DNA from: Isurus oxyrinchus
Lineage: Eukaryota
DNA length: 64,000 bases
Direction of reading: 5' to 3'
Assembly: GCA_026770705.1 (NCBI GenBank)
Contig: JANJGN010000003.1
Coordinates: forward strand, 151,652,001 to 151,716,000
Both the position numbers and the translations under genes were made by a program. Shown here piece by piece: positions 27,467 to 40,606 of this stretch. The notes under the pieces were generated by a model. It made no database searches and was not told the DNA's origin. It saw nothing but the letters and a program-made list of their open reading frames with translations. Every line of letters begins with the position of its first letter. The stretch's first letter is position 1.

Positions 27467-30400
27467 TATGCTTATATTTTGTAGGTAAAATATTTCAGCA
27501 CTCTAGTAAATATTGCTACAGCACCTATATCCGAACTCGAAACGTGCCAATTATAGGCAATGATTAGAATTAAGGTGAAATGATGAACGCGGTTGCTAAG
27601 TAGTCGGACACTTTTACATTTTCGAACGTTACAAATGTGCCTTTGGGATGGATGCTACCTCATTGATTACAAGTTGTTAAAAGACCACAAGTAGGTTAAT
27701 TTTCACTCCTGAAAGCTTATACCTGTCTTTCTTTCTTGATTATAGACTGACTAAAAAAACAAACCGAAAGCTGGCCGAAGTCAAAAGCTATGTCTGTTCG
27801 AATTGTGAGTATAAACGCAGCACAATTATGGAGGAAAACGTGCAAGAACACGCCAGTTTCCAACCCTCTTATTAAGGCCGACGCTTGCCGCTTTCCTCAG
27901 TTTCTACCCTAAAGCCTCTAACCATGTACTGCAATTTATGCAGTTTCTCCCAATTGTATCTTGCATTTTAATAAATTCGAAGTTTTCTCATCAACCTTGA
28001 ATCTTTTCTGTTTATGGTTTGCTTTACGTATTGTTTTTGGTTTTCGTTTATTCGTCACGTCCAGGACACAAACGCGAAGGTTTGATGATGAAGTCCCCAC
28101 AATTGCTCCTCACTTATAATGGAGAATCTTCACATAAATTGGTTTGGTGCAAATGACCGAAATACAGATGAGTAAAAGGTGATATTGAAAGATGAACAAT
28201 AGGGCAATGTGTAACACACAGCCATTATTTTCCAATTAGGTGGAACAACTAATAACCACTTCACAACTGCTGCTGCATCGTGTCTTATGAAAACTGGAGA
28301 AAACAGGGCAATATAATTAGAGTATGAACACACAGAGTGGTGTAAATGGCTACAAGAGAGCTAATAGAAGGTATTAAACTATAACTGGATCTGTATTTCT
28401 CATTGGGACGGAAACCAACGCAAAGCAATTTGAACCTTTGCATCTCCAACCTACACTTTGAAAATATATTTTGGAATTCATTTTTGAAAATAACGCTTCT
28501 GTTTCAGAAAATGCAGTACCAATTAATTTTCCATCCACACTAAGTTACAATTAATTAGGAAATAGACTGCTAAAGATTACAATACAGCCGTTGCCATGTA
28601 TTCTTTCCAGTGACGTATTTGCACTTCCTTGCAGACAGCAAAAACTTCCGAAGGATAATACGAAATAATATATTGTGAACAGACAGAATCTGAAATTTAA
28701 TGCATTGAATTTTAGCACCGTTGAACTAAGAGAATGTCAATCATTATTTTAAAAAAAGAAAGTTGGAATATTGTAAAATCCACAAGTGTGTAAATTAGAT
28801 TTTATTGTGTCGTTAATAAGAGGGAATTTTCTGGCCAAGTCTTATTTGTTCCTGTGATGATCAGATCTTGTGCAGCCTAATTAGTAACAGCAGATGTGAT
28901 TTCCCTTGGCTTAGGATATATAACTGGGGCCTAGTTTGCAACGATTAGTGTATTTGACCAATTAAGAAAGATTTTACAAAACAGCGGCACTTAAACAAGC
29001 ACATAGCCCACTTACCTCATTCTTCTGAAATGAAATAACATTTATTCTGTCAAATTGTGAACTGCGAGGCCTTGTTTCAAGTTCCCTTGACCCACCTGGC
29101 TCGTTATATTACTTATTGCTATGCTCATATCTCGTTAACAAGTTTCCGCTATTTAAACCAACTATTGCAAGGAAGCAGTATAAATCTTCCAATTACTTTG
29201 TGGTAACTGTAACACCTTCTAGAGTCGCAATTCTTAACTAATTTAAATGATCAATGTTATTTTCAATTTCTGGTTAATCGTAGTTGTATTTTAAGAGATT
29301 AAAATAAGTTTGCAATCGTTAACCACTACAAAACGGGCCTATCAATTAATCTCTCGATTAATTGACGACAGTGTTTCTTGTTATGCATTCTAAACTCCGG
29401 GGTTAATTCAAACACTTCGTTAAATTCGAAATCACTTTTCTTTTGCTCTTACACCAGAAAACAATATCTATAAAAACTCTCCTTGATATCATAACAATGG
29501 GCTATTATTATAGTTAAAGCATATCATTAAGAAGGCTTCGTAGATTCACAGCGAACGGATTTAATATTTCTTTCAGTATCTCCAATCTCCAAACTGACTT
29601 TTAAATGTAATTGTCGATTTCTAAGCATAAACACGCGTATTTTAACTTCTAACTTTCTTCGTATTTACTATTAACTATTTACTGACGATCGATGAAGGCC
29701 AAATGACTAATCGCGGGCATGTATTGCAGATATACAAATATTCCACTCAAAGCCCTGATATACTTTGGGTGAAATACCAAGCGCACAGGGGTTTATCTTT
29801 CGTTTCTAAGCGCAAAGCCCATAGTTACGACATTTTACATCTAAACAATTAACTTCATGTAAAACGCTCCAAATGCCACTTTAATCGAATTCAAGACAAC
29901 CCGATATTATGTAAGCAAATTGTTGACTACTGGACAAGTCCACAAAGCAACACATAGAACGGTTAATTTGAGAATGCAACTCAACCATTTCATCAGTAAC
30001 ACATGACCAGGAGAGACGCTCTGCAGCAGCAATGCAAGTTTGCCCACACTCCAAACACACGGTGGCAGCAATGAGTTCAAAAAGGAAAGCAAACATCAAT
30101 ATCCACGCGAACACACACATTCTCAGTCAGACGGGGCTAAGTGTCTCAGTGTCAGAAAGACAACCTACGCGTTAAGTAAAAACAACAACAGACAAATTTG
30201 CATGCTCACATCCGAAATAGGATGTCTTTGATCATTTCTCATTCTTCAACAACATCAGCACAGAAGTAAACCACAAATAATTAGGGACGACGACACCCAG
30301 ACAACGCTAGTAAATTGCCTTTAACGCATGACATGCATTAGCTTGCTATAATTTTCGTAGAAAGCAATAAAAATATATTATTAAAACATATCGCGTCTTA

Positions 30401-31489
30401 AACGAAATTTACACCATGCAAGAACGGCGATTCAAAAGAAATAAATCACTTTTTCAGTGAAAGACGGGGCATCGCCATCGCTGGAGCCGGCAGATTATTT
30501 AATTTATTTGCAACTGAAATAAGTGTTTTTTTCACCCCCCTCCCCCCATCGCCATACAATCTGTAAAAGCTTGCATTAAAGCGAGAACGCATCCTCAGGA
30601 TTCTCACTCTACGACATTTTAAAACGTGATCAGGGATCATGTTTTACTTATGTGATATTTGTCCCTTATGCAAAGAGCAAGAGGACTGTCGGTCAAATCA
30701 ACCAAAACGTACCACATCAGAAACATTATTCACATTCTTTTGAAAACAAATATATACACACATATATATGTGTGTGTGAAAAATACAAACACGTTAAAGC
30801 TGCCCATAAAACGGTAAGATTACTTTAAATACATGCTCAACCAATGCTACATTTCCAGTTAATACATTCCGAAGGTGATCGGCACTTTTTGCATCATATC
30901 CTTCAACTTTGACAAATTAAAGATCTGTAAAGGGGGCGGGGTGGGGTACTGTTACAATAACTCCGCTAAAGGGCATTTTCAAGATTATTTTTGCAGAACA
31001 GGGAAGCTGAGGAGAGCGAGTGGGCCTTACCTTGCTGTCGAGTCTATTCCTGGGCCTGTCAATCCCGGGCTCTGTACAGACCGGGTATCCTCTTTGCTAA
31101 GTCCCAGTGTCAGTGTTTGCAGAGCCCGTGCGAGTTTGACAGCTGTCCGTTCAGCTACATCCCAGGCCAATGGCTCTCGCATTCCGCCAGCGGCGTTTGG
31201 TGACGACTTGCAGGAAACTGCCCTGCGGATCCGAGCCGGCTCTTTTTAATCCAATGCTCCACCTTCCGTGGAGGAATTCGTAGCTGCCAGCCATGAGATC
31301 TGTGCTGAAAGCTTCGATGCATTGAAGCTCCATGGGCAATAATCACTGCGCTAGGAGAGAAGGGGGGGTGGGGGGGTGGGGGGTGGTGTGGGGGGAAGGT
31401 GGGGGGCGGTGGTAAGGAACTAAATATGCGTTGGAGAAAGCCCGCAAGCTCTCACATCCGAACCAACACGCGCTTAGCAAAAGAATGCA

Positions 31490-31650
31490 GCTCTATAGTC
31501 GCAAGGGAAATTATAAAAAGTTCATGTTCACGGTTAGTCTCCACATGACTTTCAGTGGCCAATGGAAAAACCGAACAACTCGTAAAGTTCTATTGCAAAG
31601 TTGTAAATTTTCATAAAACAACAAGGGATTTATGACATTTCTCCATGACT
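31490..31650 (-). promoter_or_regulatory. Conserved Hox7-6 intergenic element, candidate distal promoter
   Basis: TTATAAAAAGTTCATGTTCACG, CACATG, GGCCAAT, TCGTAAA, TCATAAAA and GATTTATGA in a tight cluster just 3' of Hoxa7; corresponds in position to the H8/7-6 four-cluster sequence. Confidence 0.6.
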
Positions 31651-34122
31651 ATTAGGAGGCAGGTCTTAGACGCCATTTTTAACAAAGAGACAAGTTAAAA
31701 TTGTGAAATTATTAAAGATTTTTTCCACGCTTTTGAAAAATAATTTTCCCGTTTCGGAAGTCACGTTATCATGATGTTAACACCAGGTTGCAATTTGTGT
31801 TTTTTTTTAACAAAGAATCATTACTGTTTCTGCATCCAGGCTCTTGTTGTAACGGATCCATCCTGTTTGAAGTGTAACCGCATCAGCTCTATTGATATTT
31901 TATCTAGTTTACTCGTTTTTTTTTTGAAAATGCTACAGTTTTAAAATGGCCATGAGTTCGCCCATATTGTGTGATCTAACGACAAGTCAGAGTGCCGCAC
32001 TGCATGGATGGCATATAAGATCTGCGCTTACCCGAAGATTCGTTCAAAGCTCGACAAGAGCGACTCGGCTCTTTTTCTCTTCATTTCAAATCTTTTTTTT
32101 AATGAAACCAAATATTGCACAGGGCTGTGCTCTCTATGTCCTCATCCTTTCCATTTTTGTCAGCCTACTCTCAAATGGAAATGAGCCCGATCAGGCGTCG
32201 GATCCAGATTATTCAGTGGGAACTTTTGCCCATTACCATTCTAATTGGAATGTTTCGCTTTTGAATATTGCCTTTTTTTAAAAAAAAGTTTCTAGTCAAT
32301 GGTAATCAAAATTGCGCAATTTTAACATCGACGTTCTCAATGTGTTTATTGAAATCAAATTAGAAGGCACTGGATGGGCTGCGGTGTATAAATACTTCTG
32401 TACCACTTTTGAAATAATTTACATTTAATTGGTGTTAGTAATGATGTTACTTCTGCCCTAATAACACATTTTCTAACCATTCATTTGGTGCTAACAGCTC
32501 AGGCAAGAAAGCGAGACCGTATTTTCCAAGCACCGTTTAATGTTTCTCATTTTTGTTTGCCTACAGAGACTCCATTCAAAGTATACATGGCTGGAACGAA
32601 TACATGTATTTTAAATAGATTGCACCTTAAATCTTTAACATTGGTTATTATTTAACAACACATACACAGATTACAAAGCAAAACTTCCGATTGACAGATA
32701 CCACACCGAATATGGAACCACAATATATCCAGTCGACAATGCAGTTCATAGTTTCTTTATTACTTTTGGTTATTGGATATTTTAATTTTATAATTTAAAC
32801 AGTACACATGTATAAGACAACTGGTACAACATACTTAAAGAAACACAATTACATCATTCAGTAATACATGGTTTCTTTGAAATCTTTAGCAAGTATATAT
32901 TTTAATGCCATTGATCGAAGGGAAAGAACGCAATTTTCCCCCTTCCATTTCTACTGTTTCTTTGCTTTTTACAGTATAGCGTTTAAGCACAGTACGAAAC
33001 GATTTCATTCGCGTCAAATGTAAACCGGTATCTAGGTAGTTATCACTATTTTGTGTTATAAAGTGGCTATACACGCACCTCATAAAAAAACATACATCAG
33101 AATATATTTCACATTTTTACTCTCATATTATGGGTACTGTTTGAAGAAGTGCGAAAAGTCAAGACTCCCAGAACAACACTATGTGTCTAGAAACGAATGT
33201 TAAATTAAAACATTTAGGTAGTTTCCATAGACGTGCAAGGTGTCCACAATTGTGGTATAGGTAGTTACATTCCATTGCTATGTGAAAGAGGAATCTTCTT
33301 CCTCCTGTTAATTACAATTAAGAAGTGATGTAGGAAATAATAAAAACTAAGAATTAAACGGAAATGAACTATTTCACTCGACAAGTTAGCTTGTTCTTGC
33401 TACATGTAGGTAGAATGGCTCAAGTACCTGATCTCTGACTGAATTGAAAATGAGGACCTCTTATTACGGTATTTTTTTTTATTTTGTGGATAACAAGCAG
33501 AAACACTTTAAAATATATGAAGAAGGCATGTTAGCGGAGGTAAAGTAAGTATGAGAAATAGCTCAGTGCATGAGATATATTTTGTAACAGATAGTGATTG
33601 AATTTGACAGTACGTAGACTAGAACGATGGTGACATTCTGTTCTATCGGCTAACATTGCCCCATTGGTTGTATTTTTGGAGATTCAGAGCCCGAACCCTA
33701 TCCCCTTCGTTTTAATGACGAAGAATAAAGGTTTCGAATTTCATTCACTTTCATTTTATTGTTGTGGAGGGGGATTCTCAATTAAACTTGAGAAAACAAG
33801 CATTCCAAATTTTATTGTTTTTCATGTAACATCTGCTTCCGCTTTCCCTTCATTACCGAAAGCATGGATTCTGAACTCAATTCCTATATTTCTGCCTAAC
33901 GCCGATAAACATTCTGAATCCCATGATTTTGACTGCAAACAAAACCAGAGAACTTTAAATTGTACAGGCATGATTTCGAAAGAGGTTATTAAAACATATA
34001 GGTAGTATTATGAGTGCTAATGCACAGTATCTCTGAAATAGTCCAATATTGTGGTTTACTAGTCAAAAGTCATGGCTAGCGGCTAAAGAACAGCTTTATT
34101 CGCAGTTCATTCATTGGGAGCT

Positions 34123-34404
<282 letters not shown>

Positions 34405-35130
34405 TTAAAATAAGGCTTAAGAATACAAAATGCAAGGTATCCACTCAACCCATTAATGCCCTTTCTAACTCCCCTTCGCCTCTTTCGTAACTCATTAAAA
34501 TATCTGCGACTGAACAAGATATTCAGATGTCAATATCTGGCTTAAGGTGCAAATGAACACTTTGGAATCTCGACGGAATCTTCTGGCAACGCATTTAAAA
34601 GTTAAGGATATATCCCAAGTTTCAGTGAAAGTCACTATGTGCTCTTAACTCTTTACTTGCATCCAAGCGGGTACCCCAAGTGTTATTTTACCCAAGATAA
34701 AGAACACCAATGTTAACATTTCAGGCACAGAAATGACAGGTAACTAAAACCTTACGCCTGCATGCGTGTTTTTTTTGTGTTAGATTCTAACGCCAACAAT
34801 TGCAACCGTCAGGTTCACTCTGATAGTTAGAGCTCGTATATCAGAGCACTAAAGTGGTGCATTTTAAATACGAACTTACATCTACAAGGGGAAAAGCTTT
34901 ACGAGGGCCCAAAGATCTTTCAAGAGATGCAAAAAAAATCTTCAATTCCGCGGGCCTTGCCTAATCTGTGAACATATTTTCAAGCTGGAATACATAATTC
35001 GACATTGGCTCAAGAATATACGGTTTTCCCGCGTATCAGTTAAAAATGGTTCTTATTTGATGTTGATAAAAGTGGGTAAACAAGCAATATGTGAGTTGCT
35101 GTTAACTATAAAGGAGCGGAAGTCGAGTGC

Positions 35131-35176
35131 TTTTACGAGGATTGTACTGATTAATTGTGCAATAAAAGTTTTATGA
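35131..35176. promoter_or_regulatory. HB1/Cdx-type element in the Hoxa7 intron
   Basis: TTTTACGA...TTAATT GTGCAATAAAAGTTTTATGA: clustered Hox/Cdx sites including an inverted pair. Confidence 0.65.
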
Positions 35177-35324
35177 TTGCTATCTGCATACAATACTACA
35201 TGCGTTTGAGGAACTGTTCCTCAGATATCATTAAAACTCTTAACTACCTTCAGGATGTAGTGGCGCTCATTTTAACTGGTCATTTGCACGTTTCTCATAG
35301 CTATGTTACATTTATGTCCCATAC

Positions 35325-35718
35325 CTGCATTCCTCATCCAGGGGTAAATCCGGAAATTGCTCTCTGCTTGAGGGTGCACGTTAGGCTGATCCAATTTTTC
35401 GCAACCCTGTTTGCTCAGATCGCTGCAAAGAACTGGAATGTTCTGGTCTAAGGCAGAGCAGCGCAGGTTGTAGGAATCTGAGTTTAGATTATAACCTGTG
35501 TTGTACATGGAAGGGCCGTGATAGATTGCACTGTTAACATTGTACAGCCCGGCCATCGGGGCTGGGAAGGCGCTGGCGCCCGCTCCATAGCTGGATCTTT
35601 GTGAGTTGGTAGCAAAAGCGCAAGAAGTTGCTTCTGTAAAGCCATTCGCATTCTGGAAAACGGATGTCCCCGCCGTATATTTGGGAAAAAGAGCATTCAC
35701 ATAATACGACGAACTCAT
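35325..35718 (-). CDS. hoxa7: Homeobox protein Hox-A7, exon 1
   Basis: MSSSYYVNALFPKYTAGTSVFQNA (HOXA7-like) from the ATG at 35718; NFRIYPWMR; donor G|GTATGG. Confidence 0.96.
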
Positions 35719-35749
35719 AATTTTGTCTGGTGATTTGTTGGCCAAGACT

Positions 35750-35900
35750 CTTCAGTGTCGGTTTTACGAGATAGCGTGATATATGGCAGCATTACACCCC
35801 CGATTTACACCAAACACCCATTTTCCTTCGGCCCGACTTATTTCTATTCACGTGACCTGACCATGTGATCCTGTCACCCAATAGCATCCCACATCACAGG
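35750..35900 (-). promoter_or_regulatory. Hoxa7 proximal promoter
   Basis: TTTTACGA, GATTTAC, TCACGTGAC, CATGTG and CCAAT within 180 bp of the ATG. Confidence 0.55.
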
Positions 35901-36664
35901 TGGTAAATAGCATGTTATCCGACTATTTTCAAAAATATATTGTGCAAAAGTCATAGATAATCTTTTGCAGTATTATTAACATAGATAGATTGTGTAACTT
36001 TAAAAGCGCAGTATCTTCTCACCATTGCTTTGCAAGCTATTGTCCCACATGCATATGAAGGTTTTAGCAACGCAGGTATGTATCCAGCATTTTTGAAAAT
36101 AGGATGATGAATTTGGAAGTGGAATGAAACGTTTGATTGGACATAAACGAAACGTCTTGCTTTCATTTAGAAAAGAACATATTTCATGAATAGTTACATG
36201 GCCACACTGGACTAATATTAAGCATCAGTTTACATTTTGGGAGACAACGTTAAACGTTTCATTTAAAATAAATGAGCTCTCCCCCATTGTCTCTCCCATT
36301 GTCTGTACCGTTGTTTGCTGTCTTGCAGTGGAATGAAACCACTGTACAACACCAGAGAAACTAGAGCCCTGTTGAATTAATGCTCAGTGCACACGTAAAC
36401 TCTAGATTAGAAAATAATCTGTGCGTTTTTACTGAGGACTGCAGATGCAAGATACACACTGCAGCAGCGCCGCGCAGGGTAGCTGTGAAGCGTCTGTTGT
36501 CAACTCCCGTTTTTTCTTTTGCTAACATTCAAACGTATTTCGATATTGATTTACTGAAATGCACAATTTCACTCTGGAGATTACCACGCTTCCTCAGACG
36601 GGTCTCAGTGCAACAACTATGCGATGGAAAACTTTTGGAGTTGCTAGGTAATCTGATTAAAACC

Positions 36665-36850
36665 CCGCAGGGGATTTACCCCGGTATCATTTCCTCCTTC
36701 TGTTTTACAACTTTTTCTCTCTCTCTGCCGGTCCTCTCGTTAGATCACAGAACTTGCCTCCGAAGCTGTTGTCCACAATTTCCTTGCACATTGTCCAGTT
36801 GCTCCGCTTAGGTTTTTGGTTCCTTCCCAGCGGAAGCGTTGCTTCTAAGT
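36665..36850 (-). pseudogene. Candidate degenerate Hoxa8 homeobox (exon 2) remnant
   Basis: Minus 36734-36687 reads GGA CCG GCA GAG AGA GAG AAA AAG TTG TAA AAC AGA AGG AGG AAA TGA (GPAEREKKL*NRRRK*). This aligns to Hox8 [18 protein letters not shown] with a 2-codon gap. It is on the correct strand and in the slot between a7 and a9. Confidence 0.5.
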
Positions 36851-39800
36851 GCAACATTAATAGGCATATTTGTCGGTGTTAAACGGAGGAATGCAATCCC
36901 TCTACTTACAAGAGAGCCACAGTCTCACCAACCATGCACCTGGTACGTCGAAAGTAAAGGGTTATTGCAATAAAACATGACTGTGTGTTTCCGCCCGGGA
37001 TCATTCCGGGATTATTTTCTCTAATATTAAGAAATGTTATTTTCTTTTGATCTCTGGAGTCTTTCCTGTCATGTCATAATCCTTGTGCTAAGCAGGCAGA
37101 CTTAACACCAGCGGGGATGGTTATCAGGAGGTTATTACACTACACTCGTCCGTGGCTCGTTAAAGAACAGTCCATGTTTGATACAAAACTGCCAAACTGC
37201 CCGCAATATCCATGTTTCCCGCCAGTGCCTTAGACAAACGATGCGCTATATGTGAATGTTCCGGGAAGCGCTTAAGTTAAATTCCAAACTTTTCCAATAT
37301 CAAGTTATATCCGGAAAGCCGAGGTATCAAAGATTTTGCTAGGCCGACCAGACATAAAAATGTTAAGAGCCTAAATAAAGTTCAAATCATTACAATCAAC
37401 AGCCAGTGGCTGTGTCCAGGGGATGGAACGAGTATATACATAGTAAATATATCTGAACATGTTTTTAAAACAGATTTTCCAGGTCTGAGGATTCCTCGCT
37501 AAAGATGGGTTACCGCTCCAGGCTGCTCCTTGATTGCAAAGGAATGAAAACTTGAGCAATAAAAATCGAAGGAAAGGAAGAGTGGATGAAAATACAACAT
37601 AATTGAACAGGATACCAGTAATGTCAGCATTTCATTCATATATTCCCAATTCAATAATAACAAAAGAACGCTGCTAACTGAAGTCAAATATCTGTTAAAA
37701 ATACCAAAGTTGGGCCAAACATGTAAAATCTCATCCCGCAATAATTTGAAATACATGCCTGGGCAAATGGATTTTTCCCAACTTTTATTTTGCCCTTTAT
37801 TTCCCTATTTCTCCGGACCCTGAGGTTCCTCGCACAGTTAAACCGGCGAACATTCCGCCTGCACGGCCCCACTTACATCTGTTTAGAAGTAAAATAGATA
37901 TTCTAACCTTCCATTGAACATTTTAATTACTCGTGTGTTCCATTATCACATTAAATACAACTTTACCGACAAAGCACCTACAGGAACGGGCAAGGTTTAT
38001 TTAGTAACAATCCCAACTGCTTACTTCATTCTATTAGATGGATGTAAGGGTGTATTGGCCAGGACAGAAGTGTTACTAACTCGAGCTGGAGAAAGTGCAA
38101 AAACAAAGTGAACGGAACACATTTTCGCATTAATTAGTAAATTACTATGGATGCAACTTCAAATGTAACTGCATATTTTTGGAACAAAATACAATTGAAT
38201 CATATGGCTGGACAGCACATTACGCTGTCTTAATAAACCGAGCCGTTTCAAATTATGCCTGCTCGTCCCAAGTATAGTACCAAAATGAAGGAAATTAATC
38301 TGGTAAATATGCAATTACAAAAAAATCAATAGATAGATAGATAAGATGATAGAAACAAGATACACTCAGTTGCCTCGGCGTTATGTTTTGCAGAAATTTA
38401 AATCATAATGGCAGTTTCTTTAAGTTCGGAAATCTGAGTCTCTCTTGTATTTCCGGATACGGCTATATGTCTCATGGTGTTTTTTTTTTCTATGTATCTC
38501 GAGCTGATTGTTATAATCTTATTTTAAACTGCTTACAAACACATGTGGTCCATTAAGATTATGTTGCACGGTAACAGATAATCCTGATTTGCAACCGGCT
38601 CACTCACATTTCAATAGACAAAATTGCATAGTGATCACCGAGCATCTATTTGAATTGCTATTACATAATAATGTACATCATTCTTGTCTGCATATTTTGA
38701 AATGCATATATCTCGATTTCGTTACACGTCATTTGCTATGATTTCGAATCTATTATCTGGCTGTTAAAGTCCCCCATTCCTTCTGCGCAGTTTATTAAAG
38801 GAAATGGAAGTGTGTGCCTGCTCGAGTTAAATTCCAGTTTAGTACTGGGCTGTGGCAGGAAATATACAAATATTATATATGTATAGCTTTATTGAAAGTA
38901 AAATTGTATACATTGCACTGAAGTTTGATTAAAAATACTAATGAATCCGAGTGTCATTACTTTGTACCAAATATCACGAAATGTATTGGTATCATTCACA
39001 TGATGGCAAGTGTGTGAAGACCCAAGAATTGTTCACTCCAATTCACCAGGTTTTAATAACGTGAAGAATCTACATGATTTAGTTTCAAAAGGTATAAACT
39101 ATTATGCCGCTTAGAAAAAAACTGCTGCGCGATTTCGACTTCCTGATGTATGTGAAAGCTCAGGTGTCGTTATTGAAGTAAACCAGTCGGCAGATAAACA
39201 AGATGAACATCCTTTGGGTTCGCCCGACGTTTCCCATTGAGAAGATCTGTACAGTTCAGTGTATACGCCGTAACTTAAATCAATGAGAAAATATAATGTG
39301 GGCATGGTTAAAAAAACCAAACAAGTGTCCTCCTAACTGACTTTCTTTGGTGCCATTATAGCATTTAGCCAAGTTATTAACGATTTATTGACATTTCTGA
39401 AAGTTACTATTAAGTACTTTACATCAAACGGGCATCTCACAACGTCATTAATAACCCCACTTACTCCGTCGATGGATGTAGCTTTATAAATTTCAACAAT
39501 ATGAAGCCTAGTCATAAAATATTCAGAAAATTTAACTATATTAAGTTACTATTTTTCGACCCCAAGGACATACCACATTTAACATTTAATTCTTACTGGT
39601 CTCCAACGAGAATTTCAGGATAAACAAGAGCGAGCGCATATAGATTTAGGTATGTGATTGCACACATGTATGCCTGTATATATGTATGTTTGGCTGGATG
39701 TGTGTTCATGAATGTGCGTACGCGTTCGTGTACTTCGTTGTATGTGTATATTAACGCTGATATATGTACGAATGAACATGTCATTTCTATTTCACATACT

Positions 39801-40141
39801 CAACTTCTAATCGCTATCCCCTGTTGCACGCAGCTGAGCAGACTGAGGAACGAAGTGGGAGATAATCAATTTAAATCGTGTTATTGTACATTAAAAATAA
39901 AACACTGAAGTACAAATGGATTTCTAAACCCGTGTCAAGCAGAATTAATCTGTCCGCAAATGAGTTGATGGATTCAAAATGAATATACTCCATCGACCTC
40001 AGTCCATTTTTACAAGTGTCATTTGTGGTAGATGTTTTCATCCTATTTACAACCTACTGTATAAATAAATCCCAGTTTATAGCAGTTATTGCACTCTTTG
40101 GCAGCTTGGCGGCACTCTTTTTAAATTCTTCTGTGGATTAA

Positions 40142-40176
40142 CACTGCCATCTCCTGGCCATGAAAGAAATCTGCAA
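40142..40176 (-). promoter_or_regulatory. Candidate CTCF site between Hoxa7 and Hoxa9
   Basis: Minus strand TTGCAGATTTCTTTCATGGCCAGGAGATGGCAGTG: strong core plus an upstream TGCAG motif. Confidence 0.7.
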
Positions 40177-40574
40177 CCAAGAAATTGCTATCAGAAATGC
40201 ACAGAAACCTGTTTTTAAAACTGTCAAGAAGCTAATACCTATGTGTCCAATTGACAATGATTTTTTTTCTTATAACTATCAAGTTATTTGCAAATCGCGT
40301 TAAACCACGTTTCAAAATACCTAAAGATCTGTTATCTTTCCACTAGACGCAATAAATTAGTAAAGAGAAATTTGAGGGGCCCACGTTAAAGACGAGACTA
40401 ATAAAGGTCGTTATTTCCGCAGACCCTTTTGTCTAGGCAGCCAGACAAAACAAATGGATCGCCTTCTCTGGAAAAATACTGATTGTAGCTGGACAGTTGT
40501 AAACTCATTAAAACCCGAATTCCAGACGGCTTGCCAGACCCTTCATTTTATTGCGAGTCTCCCTGTTTAGTCTT

Positions 40575-40606
40575 TGAAGTTCCATCTGCAACAACAGAGG
40601 GCGTCA
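40575..40606 (+). promoter_or_regulatory. Second, oppositely oriented CTCF-like site
   Basis: TGAAGTTCC...GCAACAACAGAGGGCGTCA; weaker core match. Confidence 0.35.

Noticed and set aside
35719-35745. Non-ATG N-terminal extensions in the ORF track for a6, a7 and a9
   Set aside because: They are artefacts of TTG/GTG start calling; the conserved MSS/MST starts are downstream.
36380-36811. 143-aa plus-strand ORF upstream of Hoxa7
   Set aside because: No recognisable domain; it overlaps the opposite-strand homeobox relic and is probably spurious.
37684-37702. FNRYLT peptide in minus ORF 37499-37756
   Set aside because: It is an isolated 6-aa match with no flanking homeodomain residues, and Hox8 has FNPYLT. 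Likely chance.
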